A DNA stretch of 64,000 nt from an uncultured bacterium (lineage in GTDB: Bacteria; Verrucomicrobiota; Verrucomicrobiia; Limisphaerales; UBA11358): the NCBI GenBank assembly GCA_963708305.1, contig CAVPSH010000003.1, positions 561,812 to 625,811 on the forward strand, written 5' to 3'. The notes beneath the pieces were generated by a model, which ran no database searches, had not been told where the DNA came from, and worked only from the letters and a program-made list of their open reading frames with translations. Each line of letters starts with the position of its first letter. The first letter of the stretch is position 1. Below, in pieces: positions 18,999 through 29,620 of this stretch. A program made the translations under genes and the position numbers.

Positions 18999-19101
18999 GT
19001 AGCGCGGGCGTCTCCGCCTGCGGGTTTGCCCGGCGCCCCGCCGGGTGTTCCTTCCGGCGGCGAGACGCCGCCGCAACCCGCAGTCGGGACGACTGCGCTA
19101 C
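18999..19101. repeat. GTAG-capped nested palindromic element (GTAGCGC...GCGCTAC)
   Basis: gtagcgcgggcgtctccgcctgcggg ... cggcggcgagacgccgccg ... cccgcagtcgggacgactgcgctac. Confidence 0.8.
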
Positions 19102-19199
19102 GAACCCTTTATGGAAAGGAGCCGAGGTAAGGGGGCTCTGAATAAAGCCGAAACCAAAACAGAAGCCGAAAATGAGTCAGAACCGATTTACATCGGCTG

Positions 19200-19550
19200 C
19201 TACATTTTTTTTGTGAATTTGACCGAAACGTATCGCGCTTGCGGGATTGGAAATTTTTTGACCTCGACCGTTACGTTTTGCGGTTTAAATTCGGCCAGAA
19301 TCAGGTCGGCGATGTCAGCGGCCAGTTTTTCGATGAGCTTCCACTCGCGTCCGTCGCCGAACTTCAAGAGCCGCTGGCTGACGGCGAAATAATTAATCGT
19401 GTCGGCGATGCCGTCAGACTTCGCCGCTTTTGTAAAATCATGATCCATCTCGACCGTCAGCAATAGACGCTGTGGTTTGGCGCGCTCCGCTTCCGGCACG
19501 CCGACGCGGTAGAAAACTTCAAGGTCAACAATGGAAATTTGGGAATTCAT
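19200..19550 (-). CDS. folB: Dihydroneopterin aldolase
   Basis: GVPEAER..PQRL, D.IADTINY, KLIEKLA, VEVKK. Confidence 0.92.
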   Translation of the reverse strand: MNSQISIVDLEVFYRVGVPEAERAKPQRLLLTVEMDHDFTKAAKSDGIADTINYFAVSQRLLKFGDGREWKLIEKLAADIADLILAEFKPQNVTVEVKKFPIPQARYVSVKFTKKM

Positions 19551-19560
19551 TTCATTAATC

Positions 19561-19625
19561 GGAGGGACGAGTTCCACGAGTCCCACGAAAATTCAGTATC
19601 AGGGACTCGCATAGCTCGTCCCTCC
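19561..19625. repeat. GGAG-capped doublet, family F (GGAGGGACGAG...CTCGTCCCTCC)
   Basis: Overlaps the 3' end of the HAD-NUDIX gene. Another full copy at 51838-51948 and a half copy at 46280-46303. Confidence 0.85.
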
Positions 19626-20694
19626 GGCATGTTTCTCTGTCACTGCTTCCAGCAAAATCCGCGTCGGCGTATTCAGGGGCATTTTCAACGCTTCGGCAGT
19701 GGTGACCCAGCGGAATTCGCGCGCTTCATCATTGAGTTTCACAACCGGTTGGCCGGCGCAACGGCAGGTGTAATTCAACAACACGAAATGCGCGTCGCGG
19801 TAAAATTCCTTCGAGTGGATGCAATCCTGCACCAGCACGAATTCGATGTCCGCCACGTCCAGCCCGGTTTCCTCCTTGATTTCGCGGCGCAAGCGCATCC
19901 AACGACGGTTCGCCCCATTTGATTTTGCCGCCGGGAATGCCCCAGAGATTCGACCATTTGTGCGTGCGAATCATCAGTACCTCGCCCACGGTGTTGAAGA
20001 TCAGCGCACCGACCGTGGCCAGCGGCGGATGAATTTCTTCGAATTTTTCCGTTTCCGGTTTCAGGCGAAAATCGTCCTGTTCCAAAATGTGGCGCAATTC
20101 GCCGAGATGTTCGACAATCACATCCGGTTTCACCTCGCGCAACTGTTCCAGCGTGTTGTAGCCGGTCAGCACGGCGCAGGAATGAATGCCGCCATGCCGG
20201 GCGGTCTCAATGTCGTGCTGCATGTCGCCGATAAACAACGTTTCGTCCGGCACCAGCCGGTTTTCGGCGAGGATTTCGTGGATTTTTTCCCGTTTGTCCA
20301 GGACATCGGTGTAGGGCCGGTCGAGGAAGGCATCGAAACCGGTCACGCGGCTTTGCACCAGGAAATGGTCGTGGTGGATGGTGCTCAATACGAACGTGCG
20401 CAGCCGGCGGGCGCGGCAGAATTCGAGGAAATCACGCGCGTACGGCAGTTCCGCCACGGAATCCTGAATCTCGCGGTAGTGGCTGTGGAACCAGTCTTCC
20501 AGTTGCGGCAGCGGCACGTGCGGCGTGTGGCGGTGGTAAAAGTTAGTGAACGGCAGGGAAAATTCCGCGCGGAATTCCTCCAGCGACATCTCCGGGCGGT
20601 CGGCCTGGGCCAGAACGAAATTGGTGGCCTTCCAGACGGCGGGCAAATCGTCCACCAGCGTGCCCGACCAGTCGAAGATGATATTGCGAATCAC
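19599..20694 (-). CDS. HAD-family phosphatase fused to a NUDIX hydrolase (apparent indel near 19893)
   Basis: HAD motifs [19 protein letters not shown]. After removing one base the NUDIX box reads [25 protein letters not shown]. Confidence 0.88.
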
Positions 20695-20767
20695 AACGAC
20701 AGTCTAACGCAGGGAAAATTTGGGGCAACAGAATCAGAAATATTTGCAATACCGTTCCGTTGAGAGG

Positions 20768-20841
20768 CGGAGCGCCGGTCTCCGACCCGGCGTGTTCGGA
20801 AAATCAACAGCGTTGCGCCGGGGCGGGAGACCGGCGTTCCG
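20768..20841. repeat. GGAG-capped doublet, family E (GGAGCGCCGGTCTCCGACCCGGC...)
   Basis: Near-identical arms recur at 22514-22585. Confidence 0.85.
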
Positions 20842-20930
20842 GTTTTGCGGAGATTTCAATCGGCGTTTCATGTTGTGCCAGGCGTTGGCCAGTTGCACAA
20901 CCAGTTTGTCGGGTTATAATGGGCATAAGC

Positions 20931-21800
20931 ATGAGCCGAACGCTGTCCAGTTCCCGGCTTTTATCAACCCGCCTGCCGTTCCAAGGCGGATTCACCTTGA
21001 TCGAACTGCTGGTCGTGATTGCCATTATTGCGATTCTGGCGGGCTTGTTGTTGCCGGCCCTGGCTTGGGCGAAACTCAAAGCCCGGGGGATACAATGCAT
21101 GTCCAATCACCGGCAATTATCTCTGGCCTGGCGGATGTATTCGGATGACCACCAGGACCAGTTGTTGTTTGCCAGCGAAGACCCGTACAACCCGCCGACC
21201 ACCAATCAAGCCTGGATCACCGGCACGCTGGACTTTAATCCGGCCAACCAGGTGAACTGGGACCCTTCACTCACCATCGAGCAAAGTCCGATGTGGCCCT
21301 ATTGCGGCAAAAATTTGGCGATTTGGAAGTGTCCCGCCGACACCTCGTTCGTGGTGGTCAATGGGCAGCAAAAACCGCGCGTGCGGAGCATGTCCATGAA
21401 CGTTTATCTCGGCGGTTGGGGCGGCACCTTTGGTGGATGGAATTGGGGTAGTCTCATAATTTACCGGAAGCAATCGGAATTGTTCAACCCCGGTCCGTCC
21501 CGCGTTTTTGTATTTCTCGACATGCGCCAGGACAGTATTGACATGGGAAATTTCGCCGCCGACATGGCGGGCTGGCCCGATCAACCGGCCAGTTACGGGT
21601 TCTTCGATCTGCCGGGTTCGTATCATGGCCGGGCGGGTGGTTTTTCATTTGCCGACGGTCACACCGAAATACACGTCTGGCGCGATGATCGCACCATGCC
21701 GCTGCTGGTGCCCGAAGGCAACGTGAACGACTGGTTTTCATCGCCAAATAATCCTGACGTTGCCTGGTTGCAGCAACACGCCACGCGGCCCAACCAGTGA
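20931..21800 (+). CDS. Prepilin-type N-terminal cleavage/methylation protein with C-terminal H-X9-DG motif
   Basis: [56 protein letters not shown]. Confidence 0.92.
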   Translation: MSRTLSSSRLLSTRLPFQGGFTLIELLVVIAIIAILAGLLLPALAWAKLKARGIQCMSNHRQLSLAWRMYSDDHQDQLLFASEDPYNPPTTNQAWITGTLDFNPANQVNWDPSLTIEQSPMWPYCGKNLAIWKCPADTSFVVVNGQQKPRVRSMSMNVYLGGWGGTFGGWNWGSLIIYRKQSELFNPGPSRVFVFLDMRQDSIDMGNFAADMAGWPDQPASYGFFDLPGSYHGRAGGFSFADGHTEIHVWRDDRTMPLLVPEGNVNDWFSSPNNPDVAWLQQHATRPNQ

Positions 21801-21857
21801 AGAACTGCTTGTCGCCGCGGCTGGATTCCGGTAATTCCAGCAGCGCGTTTTGTCTCC

Positions 21858-22499
21858 ATGCTCATTGCCTTCCACAAGCCATTCGGTGTCGTCTCCCAGT
21901 TTACCAGTGACGGCCCGGCGAATCGCTCGCTGGCGGAATTTGGCTTTCCCAAAAACGTCTATTCCATCGGCCGGCTCGACACGGATTCGGAAGGCCTGCT
22001 GCTCTTGAGCGACGAACCGGAATGGAACGAACGCCTGCTGCATCCGCGTCATGCCCACGAACGCGAGTACTGGGCGCAGGTGGAACGCGTCCCCGAGCCG
22101 GAAGCGTTGAAGAAATTGGAACGCGGCATTTCCGTTCAAGGCCGGAAAACGCTGCCGTGCCGGGCGTGGGTTCTGGAGCCGCAACCGGAAGTCGTAGCAG
22201 CCGACGTGAGTCGGCTCCATAATTCAAGCAGCCAGAGCGGACTGACGTCCGCTGCTACGATGATTACAATCCCTCCACGCCATCCGCCCATCCGTTTCCG
22301 CAAAACCGTGCCGACGTGCTGGATCGGTCTGGAATTAATTGAAGGCAAAAACCGGCAGGTGCGCCGCATGACCGCCGCCATCGGCCATCCGACGTTGCGG
22401 TTGGTCCGGGTACGGATCGGCGGATTGAAACTTGGCACGCTGGCTGCAGGTGAATGGAAGGTTCTCGTGGCCGAAGAACGCCGGTTTTTGGCCGATTGA
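21858..22499 (+). CDS. rluE: rRNA pseudouridine synthase, RsuA family (RluE-like), with a 23-aa repeat-derived insertion
   Basis: FHKPFGVVSQFT, GRLDTDSEGLLLL, YWAQVE, PPIRFRK.VPT.W, EGKNRQVRRMTAAIGHPTLRLVR. Confidence 0.82.
   Translation: MLIAFHKPFGVVSQFTSDGPANRSLAEFGFPKNVYSIGRLDTDSEGLLLLSDEPEWNERLLHPRHAHEREYWAQVERVPEPEALKKLERGISVQGRKTLPCRAWVLEPQPEVVAADVSRLHNSSSQSGLTSAATMITIPPRHPPIRFRKTVPTCWIGLELIEGKNRQVRRMTAAIGHPTLRLVRVRIGGLKLGTLAAGEWKVLVAEERRFLAD
22192..22260. repeat. REP-like doublet, family B (CGTAGCAGC...GCTGCTACG), intragenic
   Basis: tcgtagcagccgacgtgagtcggctc...gagcggactgacgtccgctgctacga. Intergenic sibling at 24124-24197; single arm at ~19180-19203. Confidence 0.9.
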
Positions 22500-22513
22500 A
22501 TTCTCTGTAAAAC

Positions 22514-22585
22514 CGGAGCGCCGGTCTCCGACCCGGCACACAAGTGTTGGATTCCGAACGCGCCGGATCGGAGATCGGCGCTCCG
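22514..22585. repeat. GGAG-capped doublet, family E
   Basis: cggagcgccggtctccgacccggc...cgccggatcggagatcggcgctccg. Confidence 0.85.
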
Positions 22586-22661
22586 TTCCGCGAGAACGCG
22601 GTTATGGAGAGGTTCCAGGTTGATGTTGTACCGATTTAGATGACTGTTTACCGCGCTGGTT

Positions 22662-23705
22662 ATGCTTTTTCTCCTTGCGAATATTGTCGTATTGACACTC
22701 GCCGCCCTGGCGGCGTGGTGGTTAAGCGGCTATGACGCGAAGTTGACGGGTGACAATGAGCAGCGGGATTTTATACGTCGGGCCATCCGCTGTGGCATCA
22801 CTTTGGTCCTGGCGGAACTGGCTTTTTTGAGTTTGTGGCGCTTCTGGCGCTATGGGGATCAAGCGAGTGGCATGGCGTATTTGATTATTGCCCTGCCGCT
22901 CGCTCTCCTCTGGGTTGGTTGCCTCGGCGAATTATGTTCCCACGCGTTTCACCGGCTGATTGATCCCGAAGATCGGCGGCGATTTGATCCCCACAAAAGC
23001 CAGCGTGATTTGGATATGCTCGCCGGCCTGGTTCGAAATGGCCGGAAGGAAGCGGCCATTCAATTGTGCCACATGCTCAAAGAATCCGGCGATGTCAGCG
23101 TTCTTACTTTGGATACCATGTTGGAACAACTCGGCGTCAAACCGGACAAAGTTCTGAAGCCCAGGCCGCTGACCGAGGCTCACCAATTGCGTTCGCAAGG
23201 AAAATTGAGTGAGGCTGAAGCCATGCTCAATTCATTGCTGACCGAAAACCCGGCAAACTTGGATGCGGCCCTGATGTTGATGCGGCTCTATGCCGAAGAC
23301 ATGCATCGCAGCGACAAGGCCCATGAAGTCCTTCGGTCTCTCGAACAACAACCTCATGTCCCATCCACGCATATCGAATTCGCCCGCCGTTCCATTCATG
23401 AATGGAGCCATCCCGCGGCGAAGGAGGTCGTCGAGGCCCCACCGGAATCCCTTGATGAACTGCTTGCCAACGGATATTTCGGCACCGCCATTGAAATCCT
23501 GGAACAAAAAACCAGGGAACAACCCCAGGATTTTGATTTATGGCTGAAGCTGGCCGAGACGCAGACCCAACATTGCGGCAATATCAAACGGGCAGAAAAA
23601 ATCATCCAACAGATCGAAGCCAATTCCGCCTTCAGCCCGGAACAAATCCAACTGGCCAGGACCAAATTCAAGGAATGGCGGGAAGCCAGATTGCAACGCC
23701 GTTGA
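22662..23705 (+). CDS. Membrane protein with three N-terminal TM helices and C-terminal TPR-like repeats
   Basis: Hydrophobic N-terminus; helical repeats G.L.EA...L..LL..NP.NLDA and G.FGTAIE.L.....QP.D. Confidence 0.7.
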   Translation: MLFLLANIVVLTLAALAAWWLSGYDAKLTGDNEQRDFIRRAIRCGITLVLAELAFLSLWRFWRYGDQASGMAYLIIALPLALLWVGCLGELCSHAFHRLIDPEDRRRFDPHKSQRDLDMLAGLVRNGRKEAAIQLCHMLKESGDVSVLTLDTMLEQLGVKPDKVLKPRPLTEAHQLRSQGKLSEAEAMLNSLLTENPANLDAALMLMRLYAEDMHRSDKAHEVLRSLEQQPHVPSTHIEFARRSIHEWSHPAAKEVVEAPPESLDELLANGYFGTAIEILEQKTREQPQDFDLWLKLAETQTQHCGNIKRAEKIIQQIEANSAFSPEQIQLARTKFKEWREARLQRR

Positions 23706-23779
23706 TTGAATGGACCGTCAATTGGTGCTGCCATCGGTCTTCCAACGTTACGGTTGATTCACGTGTATTAGATTTTTTA

Positions 23780-24197
23780 AGCCCGTAGGGCTGGCATCTT
23801 TGTAGTTCGGCAATTCAAAAGACAATCGAGCTCCGTTCAGGAGCGACATAATCGGCAAAAGAATTAACGCCAGGACGCCAAGGCGCAAGGCCGCGAAGCG
23901 GCCACGGAAATTAGCGGGGACAACGTCCCCGGTGTACGTGGAGCATGAATCGCGTCGCGAAGCGACGATGGAAGGGGCGCGCGGGTGTCTCGCCTGCTGG
24001 TGGCCTTCCGCAAGGACTTCGGGCGTCGCGCCCGAACGATTCGTTGAACCATACAGTTTGCGGGAAGATTTTCGCGCGACGCCGAAAATGGCAACCGGGA
24101 CGGTCGCGCTCCCCGAACCGAAATCGTAGCAGCGGACGTGAGTCCGCTCATTCTGGTTCCGAAAGAGATTTGAGCCGGCTCACGCCGGCTGCCACAC
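23780..24197. repeat. Mosaic cluster of several different palindromic repeat elements
   Basis: Stacked hairpins: agcccgtagggct, gctccgttcaggagc, ggccgcgaagcggcc, ggggacaacgtcccc, cgtcgcgaagcgacg, ggggcgcg...cgcgctcccc, then a family B doublet at 24124-24197. Confidence 0.75.
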
Positions 24198-24446
24198 GAA
24201 ACGACGCGGGCGCGGGCGGAGGGCGGGGGCATCAAAGACCGCGCCGGGTCAAGGGCCGCCTGCCTGCCATGCTGCCATCGGTCATCCAACCTTACGACTG
24301 GTTCGCGGGCGCATCGGAAATTTTTAGCAGGACGGTTTGTCGTCAACGTGGTGACGGATGTTGAATTTCAAAGAAAACAACCTTATTTATGTTGTTGACT
24401 TGTAAACAAATAGTGATGATGGTGTGAGGCAACCTTAAGCGGATCA

Positions 24447-27314
24447 ATGAAAATGAGTTTGACCAGCCTTGTCGCCTTTTCCCTGACCTTTTTTGTTTTT
24501 TCATCTCCGGCCGGTGTACTTTACGTGGATTTGAACAGCACCAATCCCGTTTCTCCGTATGCCGGTTGGAGCACTGCCGCGACAAATATCCAGGATGCAA
24601 TTGCAGCATCCGCCGCTGAGGATATCGTGCTGGTGACCAACGGTGTTTACGCGGTTGGCGGCAAATCCATGGATGGCGTGATCACCAATCGCGTGTCGGT
24701 GGACAAGGCCGTCACTGTTCAGAGTGTGAACGGGCCGAATGTGACCATAATTCAAGGGGCGTGGGATCCAGTCTCAACGAACGGTCCAGGCGCCGTGCGC
24801 TGCGCATGGTTGACAAACAACGCGACATTGAGCGGATTCACGCTTCGAGGTGGCGCCACACGCCCTGTTTCGTCTTCGAGCGATCCGTCGACCGAAGGTG
24901 GCGGAGTATGGGGAAACGTTACTCAGAGCAGATCGTTGCCGGCCGTCCATCTCACCACTTCCGCGACGGTGACTAATTGTGTCATCGCCGCCAATTCGGC
25001 GGGTACTTCAGGAGGCGGAGCTTATGGGGTGAATCTGAACTTCTGTCGACTAATTGGAAACGGTGCTCTAGGCTATGGAGAAAACGGTGTTGGCAACGGA
25101 AATGGCGGCGGCGCGGAATCCTGCAACCTTACTGCATGTTTTTTGACAGGGAACTCGGCCATTGCGAATGGCGGGGGCGCGGATAATTGTTCCGCGACGA
25201 ATTGTGCATTTACGCAGAACAGGGCAGTACTCTGGGGAAGCGGAATCAACAAGGGAACTCTAGTAAGTTGCACAATTACCCGAAATCTGTCCGGTGGTTG
25301 GGGTGCCTATGGCGGCGCGGCTGCTAATGCGGTATTGACTAACTGCATTGTTTATCAAAATTTCAATATAGGCGCGGGCTCGACCAATTACTTTTCCTGC
25401 ACCTTTAGTTACTCCGATAGCGACCCATTGCCGCCGGGTGTCAGCAACATTAATGTTGATCCACAGCTTCTCGCTGATGGCGTTCATCTCACCCAGACTT
25501 CGCCGTGCATAAGCGCGGGAACGGCAAGTGTTGTTTCGGGCACCGACATTGACGGCCAACCATGGAACAATCCACCGTCCATCGGTTGCGACGAATGGTA
25601 TCCATCGCCCGTAATTGCTGCCCAACCATCTTATCAAATCAATTCGCCTGCATACGGCCTGACTTTCAATGTTCTGGCGGCTGGCGAAACACCTTTCAGC
25701 TATTTCTGGAATAAGGATGGCATACTAATTCAAGACGATGCCTATCACAGCAATTCCGGCACCACCAGCTTGGTCATGAACCATTTCGGGCCCGAAGATG
25801 CCGGGTCTTATCAGGTTGTCGTGAGCAATGCGTTCGGAATGGCAACCAGTCAGGTGGCGCAGGTAGTAATCCATGCGGTTGACGCAACGGGCACAAATCC
25901 AGTTCCGCCTTACTCTACCTGGGCGACGGCGGCTACCAATATCCAGGATGCTATCAACGTCGCGGTCCTTGGTGACATCGTGCTGGTGACGAATGGAGTT
26001 TACTTAACGGGGGGCAAAGTCGTGACGGGCGGTGTGACCAATCGCGTGGTGGTGGACCGGCCGATAACGGTGACGAGCGTGAATGGTTGCTCCGCAACGG
26101 TGATTCAAGGTGCTTGGGATCCGGTGAGCACTAATGGACCGCTGGCGGTGCGTTGTGCCTGGCTGGCCGATGGCGCGGTGCTGAGTGGATTCACGCTGGC
26201 GAATGGGGCGACGGGTACTGGCAATGTGGTCGGCGCGTTGGCTGACAGTGGCGGTGGAGTTTTTTGTGCTTCGACAAATGGAGTTGTTGCCAATTGTGTC
26301 CTGACGAACAACTTTTCGATTTTTGGCGGGGGCATTTACGGTGGGACGCTGAATAATTCCCTGGTTATTGGCAACGTGGCGACATGGGGCGGCGGTGCTT
26401 ATAATGCAACGTTGAACAATTGCACCGTAATCGAAAACTACTGTACACGGCTCGTAAACAACAGCGGCGCCGGAACGTATGATTGCGCCGTGCAGAACTG
26501 CATCGTGTTGTACAATGCCGACAATTGGCCATCCATCCTGGGGGGCATAGACAATTTCTATTACGAGCCCCAGTATTCCTTGGCAGAATATTCCTATTCG
26601 TGTTCCTATCCGTTGCCATCCGGGACGGGTAATATAAACGGAAACATCGCTGGTCCCCAATTCCTTGATCTATTCCACATCATGTCCACCTCACCCTGCC
26701 GTGGTGCTGGCAGTGCGCTTTTTGCCAGCGGAACCGATTTGGACGGCGAGGCGTGGGCCAATCCACCTTCCATGGGGTGTGATGAAGTGGTGCTTTCCAA
26801 TCTCGTCGGGCCGCTGTCGGTGAACCTGAGCGCTTCTCAAACCAATGTGCTCGTGAGCACGCTCGATCCTTGGCCTCCTCCTCACTATGATTTCTTCCAA
26901 GGCAATATCAACGGACGCACGGCCTACGTTACCTGGTCCTTTGGCGACGGACCGACTTCCACCAATTTCGGTGTGACCAGTTCCCATGACTGGACCAATA
27001 CGGGTGATTACATGGTCACCTTCACCGCTTATAATACGGACAATCCGGCCGGCGTCTCAACCAACACCCTGGTTCACGTGATTCCGCCGGACATCCCGCA
27101 ATTGCAGTCGCCCGCGCTGTTGACCAATGGCTTCCAATTCCAATTCACCGGGCAGTGGAACGCCAATTACACCATCCAGTACACCACCAATCTTGCGCCG
27201 CCGGTGACATGGCAGACTTTACAGACTATTATCTGGAACTACGAAGATGTCGTCCAGATCAACGATTCCGCTCCAACAAATGCGGCGCGGTTTTATCGTG
27301 TGCTGGCGCAGTAA
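24447..27314 (+). CDS. Secreted 955-aa protein: two duplicated beta-helix/choice-of-anchor-like modules, Ig domain, PKD domain and C-terminal FYRV tail
   Basis: Signal peptide; repeated TNPV.PY..W.TAATNIQDAI...IQGAWDPVSTNGP.AVRCAWL; GGG..N repeats; TD.DG..W.NPPS.GCDE twice; DAGSYQVVVSNAFG (Ig); WSFGDG (PKD). Confidence 0.8.
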   Translation: MKMSLTSLVAFSLTFFVFSSPAGVLYVDLNSTNPVSPYAGWSTAATNIQDAIAASAAEDIVLVTNGVYAVGGKSMDGVITNRVSVDKAVTVQSVNGPNVTIIQGAWDPVSTNGPGAVRCAWLTNNATLSGFTLRGGATRPVSSSSDPSTEGGGVWGNVTQSRSLPAVHLTTSATVTNCVIAANSAGTSGGGAYGVNLNFCRLIGNGALGYGENGVGNGNGGGAESCNLTACFLTGNSAIANGGGADNCSATNCAFTQNRAVLWGSGINKGTLVSCTITRNLSGGWGAYGGAAANAVLTNCIVYQNFNIGAGSTNYFSCTFSYSDSDPLPPGVSNINVDPQLLADGVHLTQTSPCISAGTASVVSGTDIDGQPWNNPPSIGCDEWYPSPVIAAQPSYQINSPAYGLTFNVLAAGETPFSYFWNKDGILIQDDAYHSNSGTTSLVMNHFGPEDAGSYQVVVSNAFGMATSQVAQVVIHAVDATGTNPVPPYSTWATAATNIQDAINVAVLGDIVLVTNGVYLTGGKVVTGGVTNRVVVDRPITVTSVNGCSATVIQGAWDPVSTNGPLAVRCAWLADGAVLSGFTLANGATGTGNVVGALADSGGGVFCASTNGVVANCVLTNNFSIFGGGIYGGTLNNSLVIGNVATWGGGAYNATLNNCTVIENYCTRLVNNSGAGTYDCAVQNCIVLYNADNWPSILGGIDNFYYEPQYSLAEYSYSCSYPLPSGTGNINGNIAGPQFLDLFHIMSTSPCRGAGSALFASGTDLDGEAWANPPSMGCDEVVLSNLVGPLSVNLSASQTNVLVSTLDPWPPPHYDFFQGNINGRTAYVTWSFGDGPTSTNFGVTSSHDWTNTGDYMVTFTAYNTDNPAGVSTNTLVHVIPPDIPQLQSPALLTNGFQFQFTGQWNANYTIQYTTNLAPPVTWQTLQTIIWNYEDVVQINDSAPTNAARFYRVLAQ

Positions 27315-27368
27315 TCTCTTTATCCAGCCTTCATTGACGGTCGTGGCGAACGGCGGTAACATTTTATC

Positions 27369-28390
27369 ATGATTGATGTTGCCGACAGTCCGCAGGTCGA
27401 ATTGAACGATTTGCAGGTCCGCAAGGCCATGCCCCAGCACCGGTTCGAACCCCTGGCCAGGGAGATTCTCACTCTCAAAAAGCAATTAAACGCCGTCATT
27501 CTGGCGCACAATTATCAGGTCCCCGAAATCCAGGAGGTGGCGGATTTTGTCGGCGACTCGCTTGGCCTGTCGCAACAGGCGGCCAAAACCGGCGCCGACG
27601 TAATTGTGTTCTGCGGCGTGCATTTCATGGCCGAGACGGCCAAGATTTTGAATCCGAACAAAATCGTCGTGCTGCCGGACAAGGACGCCGGCTGCTCGCT
27701 CGAAGAGAGTTGCCCGGCGGACAAGCTGGCCGAATTGCAGAAGACCAATCCGAATTTCTGGACCATTGCCTACATCAATTGCAGCGCGGCGGTGAAAGCC
27801 TTGACCGACGTGATTTGCACCAGCGGCAACGCGGTGAAAATCGTTCAGGCCGCGCCGAAGGACAAAGACATCCTGTTCGTTCCGGACGAAAATCTCGGTC
27901 AATGGGTAATGGAACAAACCGGCCGGCCGATGACGTTGTGGCAGGGCAATTGTTACGCGCACGTCGAATTCCGGCGCGAACAGGTGCTGAAACTGCGCGA
28001 GAAATTTCCGGACGCCAAAGTGGTGGTCCATCCCGAAAGCCTGCGCGAGGTGCGCGACCTTGCCGATGCCGTGCGTTCGACGGAAGGTATGATTACCTTT
28101 TGCAAAACCAGCCCGGCGAAACAATTCATCGTCGTGACCGAATCCGGCATCATCCATCGGATGCAGAAGGAGTGTCCGGGCAAAGAATTCCTGTGTGCGC
28201 CGTCGTTTGACGTGATGCGGCTGCCGTCGGACCATTGCCGGTGCAGCGAGTGCAAGTACATGAAGATGAACACGCTTGAGAAGGTGCGCGACTGCATGAA
28301 ACGCCTCGCCCGCGCGTCGAATTGCCGCCGGAAATCCTGAAGCGCGCCCGGTTGCCGATTGAGCGGATGCTGGAAATTTCGGCGCGGTAG
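27369..28390 (+). CDS. nadA: Quinolinate synthase (apparent indel near 28310)
   Basis: ILAHNYQ.PEIQ, GDSLGLS, FCGVHFMAETAKILNP, AGCSL, YINCSA, HPE, CKYMKMNTL. The shifted frame ends ARLPIERMLEISAR*. Confidence 0.93.
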
Positions 28391-28519
28391 GGCGCGTCAC
28401 TCTGTGCGCGCCGTTCCCGAGTTGCAAAAGCGGCGCCGGCAAAAACAGGACTGCCTCAGCCCTAAAAAAGTCAGAGACCTGCGCGACGCCTGTTCTAAGC
28501 GTGGTTCGGATCCGGCAAC

Positions 28520-29612
28520 TCACGGAATCCAGCCGGCCATCTGCGCGCCGCGCACCAGCAGATAAGCCACTCCGCCGCTGATGGGCAGCGTCAAAATCCA
28601 TGCCCAGACGATGCGTTCGACCACGTCCAGCTTGAGATGATTCAAACCTTTCGCGCAGCCGACGCCCATGATGGAGGTGCTGACGGCGTGGGTGGTGGAC
28701 ACCGGCATGCCGAAATGCGCGGCGGTAACCAGCACCGTGGCGGCGGTGGTTTCCGCGGCGAAACCGTGGACGGGATGCAAGCGCACCATTTTATGACCCA
28801 GGGTCTTGATGATGCGCCAGCCGCCCACGGCGGTGCCGGCGCACATCGTCAGCGCGCACAGGGCCTTGATCCACGCGGCGATGGGGAGCGGTTGTCCCGG
28901 CAGTTGGGTCGTGTGCAGGAATGAGAGCCAGCCGGGCAGGTGATCAAACAAACCGTTGTTGGAGCCGGTCAGCAGCGCCAGCGCGATGATACCCATGGTT
29001 TTTTGCGCGTCATTCATGCCGTGACTGATGCCCATGAAACTCGAACTGCCGAGCTGCAGGATGCCGAAGGTCCGGTTGACCGTGGTTGGACGCCAGTTGC
29101 GCAACAGGAAATAAAGCAGGCCCATGACCAGGAAGCCGCCCACCAATCCGCAAATCGGCGACGATATCATGGGCACGACGACTTTCCAGAGCAGGCCCTT
29201 GCCCAACCACCAATGTTCACGGCTGGGAATGGACCAGACCATGACGTTCCAATGGTTATGCGCAGCGGCGAGGCACGCGCCGCACAGGCCGCCGACCAGC
29301 GCGTGCGACGAACTGGCCGGCATGCCAAACCACCACGTCAGCAGGTTCCAGGCAGATGCCGGCGAGCAGGGCGCAGATCAAAACCTCGGACGTGGCGACT
29401 TTCGGGTCCACGAGCCCGGAGGCGATGGTGGTCGCCACGGCGGTGCCCAGGAAGGCGCCAATCAAATTGGTGACGGCGGCCAGGAGCACCGCTTGACGCG
29501 GTGACAGCACCTTGGTGGCAACCACGGTCGCGATGGAATTGGCCGTGTCGTGAAAACCGTTGATATAGGTAAACACCAGCGCCGTGATAATGACGAGGAG
29601 GATGAGGAGCAT
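28520..29612 (-). CDS. Inorganic phosphate transporter, Pit family (apparent indel near 29355)
   Basis: NGFHDTANSIAT, GMPASSSHALVGG, HGMNDAQKTMG, GGWRIIKTLG, PVSTTH. Confidence 0.92.
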
Positions 29613-29620
29613 CGCGGGGC

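Noticed and set aside
23864-24364. Overlapping 139-160 aa ORFs in the repeat cluster
   Set aside because: They are translations of palindromic repeats with no protein-like features.
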